IMG/VR virus record: IMGVR_UViG_3300021431_000011
From: an uncultured virus (IMG/VR IMGVR_UViG_3300021431_000011)
Taxonomy: Duplodnaviria; Heunggongvirae; Uroviricota; Caudoviricetes
DNA: 21,502 nt
Reading direction: 5' to 3' (one strand)
The translations under genes were made by a program, and so were the position numbers. Positions 1-11,700 of the stretch are shown here, piece after piece (the stretch's first letter is position 1; every line of letters begins with the position of its first letter). A model generated the notes under the pieces. The model did no database searches, was not told where the DNA came from, and was given only the letters and a program-made list of their open reading frames with translations.

Positions 1-2
1 CC

Positions 3-2297
3 ATTCTTGGTGGTATGGAGCTTGGCTCTATGGTACAAGGATTGGTAGGCGTAAGTATATTATTAGGAGAGCTTACCGCGGTTGCTTATGCATTTTCTAA
101 GTTCGATAATGATTTAGCAAAGGGCGCTGCTGGATTAGTTTTGTTAGCATTTGCTCTTGATTTATTGGTTATTCCAGTTAAATCGTTTAGTAAACTTTCT
201 TGGGAAAATTTGATAAAAGGTTTACTGGGTGTAACCGTGTTGTTAGGTGGATTAGTAGTCGCGGTCGATAAAATGGCCGATAAAACTGAAAACATGGTTA
301 AAGCTGGTATTGGCATATTACTCATATCAAAGGGTGTTGGAATACTTGCTAAAGCAGTTGTTGCAATAAGCGGACTTTCTTGGGAAGGATTATCGAAGGG
401 CTTAGCAGTTTTCGCGGTTTCATTAGTTGCTATGGTTAAAGCAGCACAGGTTATATCTGATGGCAATCTTGCACCATCTTTGTTAGCTCTTGGCGGAGCC
501 ATGATGATGCTCGGAGTCGCGATGAATTTTCTTGCTGCTGCTGGCATAGTGATGATGGCAGTATCGTGGGAAAGTTTAGGCAAGATGGCTGTTGTTCTCG
601 CCGGTGCTTTAATTATGCTGGGAACAGCTTCATATTTGATAAACGGTCCAAATTTATTAATGGTCGCTGGAGCAATAGCACTAGTGGCTACCGCATTTCT
701 TGAGCTTAATGCTGCTGTTGGTATTGCGAAAATTGTCGGACCACTATGCACATCTATTGGGTTAGCTATTGAGGGTATGAGCTCTTCACTACAGTCTTTT
801 GCCAGAAGTGAAGCGGCAAATGCTTTCCTATCATTCTTAGAGAATGCTATATTATTCCTTCCGAAGCTAGCCGTTGGTTTGGCAAAAGCGATAATTGCAC
901 TGATCGTCGAACTTGGTAATGGAATTGCACAAATCGTTAGTTCCATTGTCAAAATAGGCAAAGCAATCCTAGTCGGCATTGCTACCTTGATATCTGAAAC
1001 TAGCGGTCTTATCATAAAGACCATTGTGCAATTGGGTAAAGACATACTTCAGGGAATCAGTGCATTACTTCCCGACATATTTAATCTTATTGCACAGGCT
1101 CTTAGTCAAATACTTATATTCTTAGTCACAATGACGCCTCGAATAGCTGCGGCAGCATTAGTAATGCTCGAGCAATTTATGGCAATAATGACTACGCATA
1201 TACCAGTTATTGCAAATCTTGGTATGGAAATGGTAATTGCATTTATTAATGGTTTGGCAAATGCAATTGATACTAACAGCGAGGCTCTTCTTGCTGCGGT
1301 GCAACACCTTATTACATCATTAGTCATGTTCTTGCTCAATTCTGCGGGAATGTTGTTTGAAACAGCCGGAACATTAATATCCACATTTATATCTGGTATA
1401 TTTGCTCAATCTGGTTCTGTTTCTGGTAGTGGTTCTTCGATTGTAGCATCATTAGTCAGAGCACTACTTGGCGGTGCTGGTAAGGTTATGTCTTCGGCAT
1501 TCTCACTTATGGGTAACTTTGTAAAATCTATAGTGCAGCGAATACCACAAGTTGCGTCAGCTGCAGGACAGATGATTTCAAGATTTGTATCCGGAATAGC
1601 AGCAAAAGCAGGCAGTGTTATTTCTGCTGGAGCGAATCTAATCAGTAAGGTTAAAGCTGGTATATCAAGAGGCATCGGTTCCTTATACAGTTCTGGAGTA
1701 AATGCAATACAAGGCTTTATTAATGGTATGACTAGTAAAGCTGGTGCGATTTGGAGTACGGCTGCATCGCTAGCCCAAAGTGCATGGAATGCTGTTAGAA
1801 AAAAGCTCAAAGAGCATTCACCGTCTCGAGTAATGTTTGCAAGTGGTGTTAACTTTGCTCAGGGTTTTATTAATGGTTCTCAATCAAAGAATTCGGACAT
1901 AGATAAGAATTCGAAAGCTCTAGTTGATACAGCAATGCATGCTTTCGATAAAGCTAATTCTACCGAGCATGAATTTAGCATTACTCCAGTTATTGATGAC
2001 TCTAAGATGGCTAATTCTAGTGCCTTTATGACATTGAGTAATTTATCAGTTCCGGACAATATTTCCGTAACTTATAACTTATCAAACATCGACAATTTGT
2101 TAAAAGATTCTGTTAATACGCAAAAAAGTTTATATTCATTGTTGTCCAGCGCAAATTTGGGCATTGATTACAATATGCTAGGTGAGTCGCTAGCTAAATC
2201 GTTAATCAATTCTGGGCTACATGTTCAGATGGATGGTGGACAGCTTATGGGTTATCTTGCTGGTGAAATCCGCGACGCTCGTCGCATGTACGGTTAG
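3..2297 (+). CDS. Phage tail tape measure protein, 5'-truncated
   Basis: The frame is open upstream of the ATG at 15 (ATT CTT GGT GGT ATG), so the gene starts outside the window. It is Ala/Gly/Leu/Ile-rich and helical, with periodic SWENLIKG/SWEGLSKG/SWESLGKM repeats and the typical C-terminal HSPSRV motif, and lies directly upstream of tail-tip genes. Confidence 0.92.
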   Translation: MLGGMELGSMVQGLVGVSILLGELTAVAYAFSKFDNDLAKGAAGLVLLAFALDLLVIPVKSFSKLSWENLIKGLLGVTVLLGGLVVAVDKMADKTENMVKAGIGILLISKGVGILAKAVVAISGLSWEGLSKGLAVFAVSLVAMVKAAQVISDGNLAPSLLALGGAMMMLGVAMNFLAAAGIVMMAVSWESLGKMAVVLAGALIMLGTASYLINGPNLLMVAGAIALVATAFLELNAAVGIAKIVGPLCTSIGLAIEGMSSSLQSFARSEAANAFLSFLENAILFLPKLAVGLAKAIIALIVELGNGIAQIVSSIVKIGKAILVGIATLISETSGLIIKTIVQLGKDILQGISALLPDIFNLIAQALSQILIFLVTMTPRIAAAALVMLEQFMAIMTTHIPVIANLGMEMVIAFINGLANAIDTNSEALLAAVQHLITSLVMFLLNSAGMLFETAGTLISTFISGIFAQSGSVSGSGSSIVASLVRALLGGAGKVMSSAFSLMGNFVKSIVQRIPQVASAAGQMISRFVSGIAAKAGSVISAGANLISKVKAGISRGIGSLYSSGVNAIQGFINGMTSKAGAIWSTAASLAQSAWNAVRKKLKEHSPSRVMFASGVNFAQGFINGSQSKNSDIDKNSKALVDTAMHAFDKANSTEHEFSITPVIDDSKMANSSAFMTLSNLSVPDNISVTYNLSNIDNLLKDSVNTQKSLYSLLSSANLGIDYNMLGESLAKSLINSGLHVQMDGGQLMGYLAGEIRDARRMYG

Positions 2298-2305
2298 GAG
2301 ATGGT

Positions 2306-4672
2306 ATGGCTGAGCCTACTGAGGGCACTTACATCATTGTTTCGGTTGGCGCATCCAAGGCCGTCGACGTACAGGGTGGTAGCGATAAGAGTGGAACAAA
2401 TGTTCAGACATGGAACCACACTGGCTCGGACGCTCAGATTTGGGCGTTTACCAAGCCGAATGGAACCTACTGGCAAATTTATTGCTCGCTTACTGGTAAA
2501 TGTCTGGACATTCAAAATAGTAAGGTAACCGCAGGGACAAACGTGCGTCAGTGGAGTGACGACGATTCGAACGACCAGCGATGGAGCGTTCAGACCGATG
2601 GTAAGACTTGGACGTATCAAGGAACTTCGTATCCGACGTATATTTTTAAGCCTTCGACAAACTCAAATCTCGCAATGGCAGTTGCTGGAAACTCCACGGC
2701 AGTCCGCGCGAATATTCAGATTGCCAACGTTTCATCGTCGAGCAATTTTCAACGATGGATTCTAGTACCTGTCGAGGCTTTAACAGAAGCAGGATGGTAT
2801 AATATCGTCCTCGCAGCTGATCCCAAAATGTGTGCTGATATTGCCGGAGGTTCGACCGCGAATTCCGCGAGTCTTATTGTAGAAACACTTAACGAAACGT
2901 CTGAAAGTCAGATATTCAAGGCTCAGGTTAATTCTCAGAGTAAGCTTGTGAAGTTGATTAATGTTAAGTCCGGAAAGGCTTTGGATATTTACAAGGGTGG
3001 AACCAAAGCTGGAACTAATATTATTCAGTACACTATTAGCAATAACGACAACCAGAATTGGCTTATCTATCCGAATGGCACCGTATCCATCGATGGGCAG
3101 ACAACTCCTACGTATGAAGTTCGTGCCCAAATCGGCAACAATCTTACTATGGATTGTCAAGGCGGTGGAAAAACGGCTAAAACAAACATCGCTACATGGA
3201 CAAGGAATAATGGCATTAACCAGCGATTTGCTTTTGTTAAAGTAGAGATTGCTGGAAATGATATTCCGCAACCCGGTCAAATTGATCAGCGATCATTTAG
3301 TCGCGATGGATACGGTGCTGTTTCGGTTAGTGGGTTGACATTTAGCTCAACCGAGACGGCGTTTCAAGCTCGTTATAAGGTTCGCACATATACTCGAGCA
3401 AAACAGAGCTATACAGATTCTGCTTGGAAGAGTATAGATGACGACTCAACTGCTCGTTCTGGTTGGGGCGATGCTTGGGCTCCAGCATTTACTGGAACTC
3501 CTTCTGGCGGAAAGATTAGTATTCCGTTCAATAAGAGTTACGAAATCAGTGATAGTGCCCCTTATATCGATCTGATATTTGAGATTCGAGCATTCCGTAA
3601 TAGCTACGGCGCATCTCAGATGAAGGCGCATGGTCCGTCAAGGCAGACCACAATTTCTCTTACTGCTCGACCTGTTCTCACAATGTCCTCTATTGAGATG
3701 GTGAATGATTACGGTAACATTGGCCTTAAGAGCACGGTCACGAATGCTTTGACGCAGGATTCGATTCTGCTTAGAGGACGTCTGGTTGATTCTACCGGAC
3801 TGCCTATCAGCGAATGGACCAGTTCTCCAGACATGTACACGATCCATTCTCTTGGTGAATATTTGTACAGGATTCCTGCTCCGGGAGAAGAAGTGACGTA
3901 TGAGTTTACTTTGGTGAATCTTGACGGCACTCTTATTTCGCAAAAGTTCACTTCTACAGTAAACTATGGCTCTTCCACCGTGACCGTTACTCCAACAATT
4001 TCATATGTTGAGGACGATACTGGTTGTGCATTCATCACAAGTAATAGACACACAAAAGATTATTGTTACATGGAAGTTGATACACTTGACGGTATTGTTT
4101 GTGAGCCATGCCCAGAGATTACTGTTTCTTCTGGCCGAAAATGGAAGTGTGCACCGCCTTTGAATCGCGACGTTAACATCGTGGTTGTTGGCAATTCCGG
4201 CACGTCCTATGGTGTAGTTAAGAAGACCGTTCGAGTCAATTCTCATTTTTCGATGTGGAATTGGACGGATCCGGTCGCGCTAGACCATTACGCCGAGTGC
4301 GCAATTCTTGCTGTAAACGAGGAAAATCCTCCGCAGCAAACTCGACACTATATTACAGATCAGCTGTATATTAAGCCGATTGGACGTAGATATCCTGTTG
4401 GGTTTGCTAGCAATAATATTACTGCCGATATGAGTATCGATGCCAATGTTCTGGATGACGATGCGGAGTATATTGCTTCGACTCCATTACCAGAGCATGC
4501 TCGCGGTATTTATATTCGTAAGATGCTAACTCTTAGTGGGCAAGGAATTCATCCAGTTTACAGGACACCTTATGGTGATTGGCACACTGTTGCGATTGAA
4601 GAAATTGACTTTTCTAAAAAGGCTCTCGGATATTCTAATGTAACAGTTAAGCAGTCGGTTGTGGAGGATTAG
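2306..4672 (+). CDS. Minor tail protein (distal-tail/Dit position) with two N-terminal ricin-B (beta-trefoil) lectin domains
   Basis: AGGAG at 2296-2300 precedes the ATG. QxW/QxF repeats (AQIW, DQRW, FQRW, SQIF, NQNW, NQRF) and GKCLD/GKALD motifs define two ricin-type domains at about 2324-2770 and 2792-3241. The Dit-like role is inferred from position after the tape measure gene. Confidence 0.8.
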   Translation: MAEPTEGTYIIVSVGASKAVDVQGGSDKSGTNVQTWNHTGSDAQIWAFTKPNGTYWQIYCSLTGKCLDIQNSKVTAGTNVRQWSDDDSNDQRWSVQTDGKTWTYQGTSYPTYIFKPSTNSNLAMAVAGNSTAVRANIQIANVSSSSNFQRWILVPVEALTEAGWYNIVLAADPKMCADIAGGSTANSASLIVETLNETSESQIFKAQVNSQSKLVKLINVKSGKALDIYKGGTKAGTNIIQYTISNNDNQNWLIYPNGTVSIDGQTTPTYEVRAQIGNNLTMDCQGGGKTAKTNIATWTRNNGINQRFAFVKVEIAGNDIPQPGQIDQRSFSRDGYGAVSVSGLTFSSTETAFQARYKVRTYTRAKQSYTDSAWKSIDDDSTARSGWGDAWAPAFTGTPSGGKISIPFNKSYEISDSAPYIDLIFEIRAFRNSYGASQMKAHGPSRQTTISLTARPVLTMSSIEMVNDYGNIGLKSTVTNALTQDSILLRGRLVDSTGLPISEWTSSPDMYTIHSLGEYLYRIPAPGEEVTYEFTLVNLDGTLISQKFTSTVNYGSSTVTVTPTISYVEDDTGCAFITSNRHTKDYCYMEVDTLDGIVCEPCPEITVSSGRKWKCAPPLNRDVNIVVVGNSGTSYGVVKKTVRVNSHFSMWNWTDPVALDHYAECAILAVNEENPPQQTRHYITDQLYIKPIGRRYPVGFASNNITADMSIDANVLDDDAEYIASTPLPEHARGIYIRKMLTLSGQGIHPVYRTPYGDWHTVAIEEIDFSKKALGYSNVTVKQSVVED

Positions 4673-4674
4673 TC

Positions 4675-5760
4675 ATGGACTGGACCATCGCAAACTACAG
4701 CTATGACATTACCGTCAGTGTCGTTCACCAAACTAACTTGGACAATGTACTTGGCTTTCTAGAGGGTGTTCAGAATAGTGGCATAACCATTACTGAGAAC
4801 TACGAGTCGGATAGTCGTGTTCAGGCGAAGGTGTCCACATATGTGAAAGAGGGCGAGAGCGACGGATATGTCGACAATGCTCGTCTTCGCATAAGTATAA
4901 CCATTCCGTCTGAAGACTGGTATGAAGAACTTGTAACAGGCTATGTCTCTGATATTTCAGAAACTATTGAACATGGTTATATAAATAGGTCTTACACAAT
5001 CGAAGGAACTATCTGGGGTCTGCTCGATCATAAGATTAAAGATCCGATTACCATTGGTAAGGGCGCAAAACTGTTAACAATCTGGACCAATCTCATGAAG
5101 TCCCAGACTAAAATGCAGTACACAACTCAAGGCGCCCAAGACCATTCATTCGGAAGTACGATCCTGTACGAACCTGGTAGCGACTTAAGTACAGTTCTAT
5201 TTGAAATATCTGAAGGTTATGATCGAATGGACGTTGACGGACACGGTCGCGTCACTCTAACCAAGTATATTGCGCCATCCAAGCAGACTCCTTCGATTGT
5301 CATAGATGCTCATGATTTGTTTGGCTTAATTGTTGCGCCAATTAACAAAACTTATAAGAAATGGGAATCTCCTGGTCGAGCAATCGTCACGGCAACTATC
5401 TCGAAAGAGCAAAACGGTAAAACCACGCAAGAAGTTATCGCAGGTTCGTATGATGCGCCTGCGACAGACGATACATCCATCGATGTTCGAGGTTATTTGA
5501 AAGCTCGCTCCGATTCATATTCAGGAGCTAGCGAGAATCCTTCAAAATCAGAACTAAATTCTATAGCTAAGCAGAATTGGGAAGATGCCCAAGATAAGGG
5601 GAATGAGTGGACAGCGAGCAGTGTATTTGCGGATTACCACGCAGGCATGGTCGCAACTTTTATTCCTCAAGGAGCAGAGTCGAGTTGCAAGGTTCTGATA
5701 AAGAGCGTAACTACGAATCTCTCCGAATTTACGCAGGAGCTTTCGATGAAAGAGGTTTAA
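4675..5760 (+). CDS. Putative baseplate hub / Tal-like tail protein
   Basis: 361 aa, tightly coupled to the previous gene. It is the second gene after the tape measure and has a beta-rich pattern with DVDGHGRVTL, typical of hub proteins. Function is assigned mainly from synteny. Confidence 0.62.
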   Translation: MDWTIANYSYDITVSVVHQTNLDNVLGFLEGVQNSGITITENYESDSRVQAKVSTYVKEGESDGYVDNARLRISITIPSEDWYEELVTGYVSDISETIEHGYINRSYTIEGTIWGLLDHKIKDPITIGKGAKLLTIWTNLMKSQTKMQYTTQGAQDHSFGSTILYEPGSDLSTVLFEISEGYDRMDVDGHGRVTLTKYIAPSKQTPSIVIDAHDLFGLIVAPINKTYKKWESPGRAIVTATISKEQNGKTTQEVIAGSYDAPATDDTSIDVRGYLKARSDSYSGASENPSKSELNSIAKQNWEDAQDKGNEWTASSVFADYHAGMVATFIPQGAESSCKVLIKSVTTNLSEFTQELSMKEV

Positions 5761-5766
5761 TCTCTT

Positions 5767-8700
5767 ATGTTGAAATCAGAAGCCGCCGCTTATTTAGCCG
5801 GCGTAACTCAGACTGAGGGGGCGGAGGCTTCTGCTCCTACGAATCTTCACGTGATTACTGGTGAAGTGGGTGAAGCGTCTGCGGACGGCAAAACCCTTGT
5901 TAAAATTGACGGCCTCATGTTCTCCGAGAGTGACGACCAGTTTATTGAGGTTGATGCTCTCGGAGGACTTGAGGAGGGTGATATTGCAACCATTGTTCTG
6001 ACTGGCGAGCAGGGCCATGCAATGACCCCGCTTGCTCTTGGCTCGATTGGCTCTGTAGACCGCATTACTGTTCGAATCGCTGCAATCGAGGCTGACTACA
6101 TTAAAGTTGAGCAGCTTGATGCGGCAAAAGCTCGAATCGGTGAACTTGAAGCAGATCATGTGTCTGTTAACGACTTTAATGCAGCTACTGGTCGAATTGG
6201 CACGCTTGAAACCACTCGCGCCACCATCACGGACCTCAATGCAGCTACCGCTCGAATCGGTACTCTTGAGGCCGATCATGTATCTACTGACGACTTTAGT
6301 GCGGCTACCGCTCGAATAGGCACTCTTGAGACAAATACGGCTGACATAGGCACCATTCGAGCCAACTCTGCGAAGGTGCAGAACCTAACGGCTGCGGAGC
6401 TTGAGGCGGACCATGCTACTGTCGGGTCTCTTAGCACCAATTACGCTCACATTACCAACGGCGTAATCGACAACGCTACGATTGGCTACGCCGATGTCAA
6501 CAACCTCTCGGCACACTACGCAGAAATTCAAAATGGTAAGATTAATTCGGCATTAATCGACACTGCTGCCATCGTGGATGAGCAGGTCTTCACCGTCACG
6601 GGTAACAAGGCGACTCTTGCTCAGATTGACGCCTCAAAGATTAATGTCCTTAACCTCAAGGCAAAAGATATTGAGGTCGAGCGAATCAATGGTCAGCCAG
6701 TCACGAATAAAACCCTCGTCGATGCTCTAAGCCAGCATGAGAGTGATATTTCAGACCTCGATAGCAAGATTGATGACGAGGTCGAGGCTCTTAATGACCG
6801 CATCGATGGGGCGATTGAGACTTTCACAGGCACGGTTGTTCCTACGCTAGAGAACACTCCTGCTTCGAGCTGGAACACCGTCAAGCTTAAGGACCAGCAT
6901 GTTGGTGACGTCTACTATGTGGTGAACAGTCAGTCTGCTCAAAACGGATATTGCTACCGATTTACAAAGTCTGGTAGCACATATTCTTGGCAGCTCATCA
7001 AAGACAGTGACGTTACAGCTGCTCTTTCTAGGCTCCAGACGGCCGAGGGAAAAATTGGGGACATCGAGACGTTCGACGAGACAGTCGGCAGCTTCATGAC
7101 CAATACCGATGACGAGCTATCGAGCCTGAAGGCCAAGGACACGCAGCTCGAGACTTCTCTTGGCGATAAGGTCAGCACGTCGACTTTCAATACAGTTTCG
7201 CAGAAAGTTGATACCAACGAGGCCAACATTACGTCGATGAGCACAGTGCTCACTAACAACGGCCTGACATCCTCGACCAACATTACCAACACGGTCAACT
7301 CGGTTAAGCAGACCGCTGATACGAACAAGGCGTCCATCACAAGCCTAACTCAGACTGTCAACAACAAGGCTGACGGTTCCACGGTTACCACCCTCACGAA
7401 TAGGGTCAGTACCGTCGAGCAGAACCTGAGCGGTATTACTACGAGGGTTGGGAAGACCGAGTCCGCCATCGAGACGGTAAGCAACCCGAATTTGAGTCCT
7501 TATCTGTCTCACACCTTCGGAGATACGGACTACTGGCAAAGCGCTTCGAAGCCGAATAAGTCTTCCGAACTTGGGGATATCGGTACATATCTTGGCGATG
7601 GCTGGATGCATGTCGATATGGACAACAGCGCTAGAAGCGGTATGGCCTATCTCAACTGCTTCTGGGTCAATTCCGATTCGAACATCACCGAATTGACGAA
7701 GTATACTTTCTTAGTTGAGATACGTAACTTGACGTTTTCTGCGGGAACTAAGATTTACGTTCGCCCAACCACAAACAACACAACTGCCTCTAGAAAAGGC
7801 CAGTTCGGTACGACATATACAATCGACGTCACGGAAAGCAAGAATATTTACCAAGTCGCTACCACACGTTCGGATTTTAGTGGATGCGCAACCATTAGCG
7901 ATGGTTATGTGTGGGTCGATGCTGGTACAAATGCGTCTTTTGATATTCGCATCTCCCTCTATGAAGGCGAATATAGCGGTCCTTACAAGCCGTATGTTGA
8001 CCAGACACTGATCCGCCGAGTCAAGTCAGCGGAAACCGCTATCGAGCAAAATGCAGAAGACATTACACTCAGGGCAACAAAGACTGAGGCGTACCAGTCT
8101 GCGCAGCCGAACTTGAGCCCGTTCTTTTCGCAATATAAGGATGATGTGCACAGCAACACGAACTCTGATGGATACTGGTATCAATCTAGTGCCGACGGCT
8201 TTCCTTCGTTGATTACTACGTGGGATTTTGAGCAAGAAACTGTCAATGGCGATGGATGGGCGCATTTTGTCGCCAATAACACGGCAACGATTACACTCTA
8301 TGCGCACGCTTATGTTCATAAGGACGCTCTTCAGTTAAAGCCGTCTACGAAGTACACATTTCTTGTCGAATGGCTTGATGTTGCTTCGACTGGTGGAACT
8401 CCAGTGTTATATACGACAACGCAGCATGGAGGAACGGGCGGAGTCAACAACGATTATTTCACTACAACAACGAGCGCAAGTCTTACGTCTGGTTCCGGGT
8501 CCAAGTACATATCTGCGACAACCAGGGACGTGCTTGATTCGGGATGCAATAATGTTATACGGTCGCATATTTGGATTGGTACTGGCATCTCTACTAGCGG
8601 CTATATCCGCATTTCTCTATACGAGGGCGAGTATGCAGGCCCCTATAAACCCTACAGTGGCTCTTGGCTCTATGCCACGCAGTCAGAGCTGAAAGTTGCC

Positions 8701-11700
8701 AACGACAACATTAACCTCAAGGTTTCTAAGAACGACGTAATTAATCAGATTAACGTCAGCACTGAAGGCGCTAAAATTCAGGCATCCAAGGTCGAGATCG
8801 ACGGCACTGCGATATTCTCAGCGATTAAGTCTAGTGCTGACGCCGCTTATGATGCCAAGGGTGCGGCAGCGACAGTTCAGGACAACTTAGACAATCTTGA
8901 GGTTGGTGGGAGGAATTTGCTGCCACAGACCCAGAATTGGGGCAAAGTTTCCACCAGTAATGGAACCGGAACTATCACCAGCGATATGAAAGCTGGTTGC
9001 CAAATCTTAAAGTTCGTTTGGGGTTCAGGTAGTGCTGATGTGTTCTTTACAGGGAAATGGACTAGACCATTAGAAGCAAACGCATGGTATACACTTTCCT
9101 TTTGGGCAAGAGCAGATGCGGCAATAGACTTACGCAATTATTTATGGTCCCCAGCTGTTGTAGATGAGGGACGAAATTCTGTCGGAAGAACAACATCGTC
9201 TTCTGATGGAGCAATACTAACGCCAATCACGACGTCATGGGAACGCTATTGGATTGCATGGCACGTCAAAGTGGGATCCTCTTTACCAAACAATGTTATG
9301 ATTGGTAGATTGCTGTCGGCCGGAACCGTATACTTTGCTGGTGCAAAGTTTGAAAAGGGCAACAAAGCTACTGATTGGACTCCTGCACCAGAGGACCAGA
9401 CAGCTTATGTTGATGACTCCATTTCATCGATTCAAGTTGGTGGAAGAAATCTGCTTACTGATTCAGATGACATAACAAAATGTTTCGATAGCAGCAGCAA
9501 CATAACATCTATAGTTGGTGGAAAAGCAGACCCCGATGGCGGCAATGGCGCATATTTGATAACGCCCAATACTACTAATTGGTGGGCAGGACCAAGGGGA
9601 GCACGTCTTAGACTTACTAAATTGGGTGTATCTTATACATTCTCAATTTGGTTGAGAGCAGATAATGCAACTCAATGCCGGATGTGCTGTCGCTACATGG
9701 ACTCGACACCTTATTCTAGCAATGCAACTCGCGTTAATATTAATGTCACGACCGAATGGAAGAGATTCTTTATCTCAGCTCCTCTCAAACAAGTACAGAC
9801 TGGTGATAGCGTATGGATTGGATATTTGTCAACAACACCACTCTACGTCTACCATCCAATGGTGGAAATGTCTTCAACTCCGTCGGACTGGTCTCCAGCA
9901 CCAGAGGACCAGACGGCGTACGTTGATGCCGTTAAAATCGGTGGGCGAAATCTTGCCACTGGTACGGCAAACAGCACGAACTTCAGTGGTTCTGCGGCGA
10001 CTTATTTCGCTCCAATTGGCTTCTATCCAACCAGCGATATTGGCCTGAACTTGCTCAAGGACACGTCCAACACCAAGTTCACGTTGTCGTTTGACTGGTC
10101 AACAGCCGATGTGACCACCGCATACAACATGTTTCCCGCGTTCAAGTACACGAGCACAAGCTATACAAGCCTGACGGGCGGACCGACAATCTCTGTCCCC
10201 ACAGGGGCATCGTCTGGTCACTATGAGTACACGTTCGAGCCGACAAGTGCCCAGAGGACCTACGGCACGATGTGGCTCCTGTCTAAGAACAACACGAACA
10301 CGACCCAGTGTGGCACCGTCACCATCTCCAACTTCATGTTCGAGTGCGCGAACAAGGCAAGCACTTGGACTCCTGCTCCCGAAGATGTCGCCTCCGACAT
10401 CGCTGCGGCACAAGCCACCGCCAACGCGGCGGCACCCAAGGCAAGCGCCGTCAAGCGCACACAGCGTATTTGGTATAGAACAAATGGGTCAAGTGCTCCG
10501 GCTACACCAGGAACAGCATCCTCGAACTGGGTGACCAAGGCCAACGACGGCAACGACGCATGGACCAAGATGCACATCGCCATCAACAGCACGCACAAGT
10601 ACATCTACACGTGCGAGCAGTACGAGATGGCCAATGGCACGGTGGGATACACATCTGTCCTGCTGGACAACACCATCACGGTAATCGACGGTGGCAACAT
10701 CATTACGGGTTCCGTCACGGCGAACAAACTCAATGCAGCTAACATCAATGCCAGCAAGACATTGACGGTGGGCGCGATGACCGACGCGGCTGCGAGTTCG
10801 ATTCTGAACAGCAACGTTGTCGTTGGCGGGAGGAACCTGTTCGCCGATTCCAAGGCGCTCTCAACGGCCAAATGGACTTTCGACCAAGGGGCTACGCGCG
10901 GAGATAATCTAGCGACGCTTGCCGCCAATGCAAGCTCTCGCATCTATCAGATGCCAGCATATGGATACTGGTCATGGAAGCCTAACACCGAGTATGTCGT
11001 ATCGGTCGAGGCAAAGGCATCCGCATCTGGCGGAAAAATGACGTTCAACATGGTGGGAGCTGGTGGAAACAAGCTAAAGACTTTCGATTTGACCACGAGT
11101 TGGGCTAGGTATTCTTGGGCGTTCACTTCTGACGCAACTGTGTCCACTGGTTCGGCGTCTATCTACAACAGCACAAATACTGGCACCGTACAAGTCCGCC
11201 TTCCAAAGCTCGAAGAAGGAAACAAAGCAACCGACTGGACCCCAGCACCAGAGGACCAAACCGCCTACGTCGATGATTCCGTTTCATCAATTCAGGTCGG
11301 CGGTAGGAATCTATTACTCTGGACCGCAACTCTGCCAAAGGGGTCCGACAACACTGTTAGCGGCAAAGACGGAATTGCTGCGTGGGGTGACACCTTGGGG
11401 CAGCTTATCGAAACTGATGAGGGCATAAGGCTTAATGCGGCTGGAAACAGTAACGAATGTATTGGCATCCCTCTTGCAAATAATGGCAGTGTTGGCAATA
11501 ATGAGGACGTCTTGCTCACTTTTGAGGCAAGGGGAAACATTACATCTATTGGCCAGTTCTTCTGGTTGCAGGAGTCTGGCTCGAACGTCGGATTCACCAA
11601 ATGGCTTAACGGAAACCAAACGATTTCTCTAAGCGAAACCTCGTGGACCAAATTTACAACAAACGTTAAGCATGCTCAGGCCAACATTCGCACATGCACG

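Noticed and set aside
86..1810. Long minus-strand ORFs (319, 92 and 134 aa)
   Set aside because: They are antisense shadows of the tape measure gene caused by its codon bias, with no recognisable motifs. The same applies to the other minus-strand and nested ORFs in the track.
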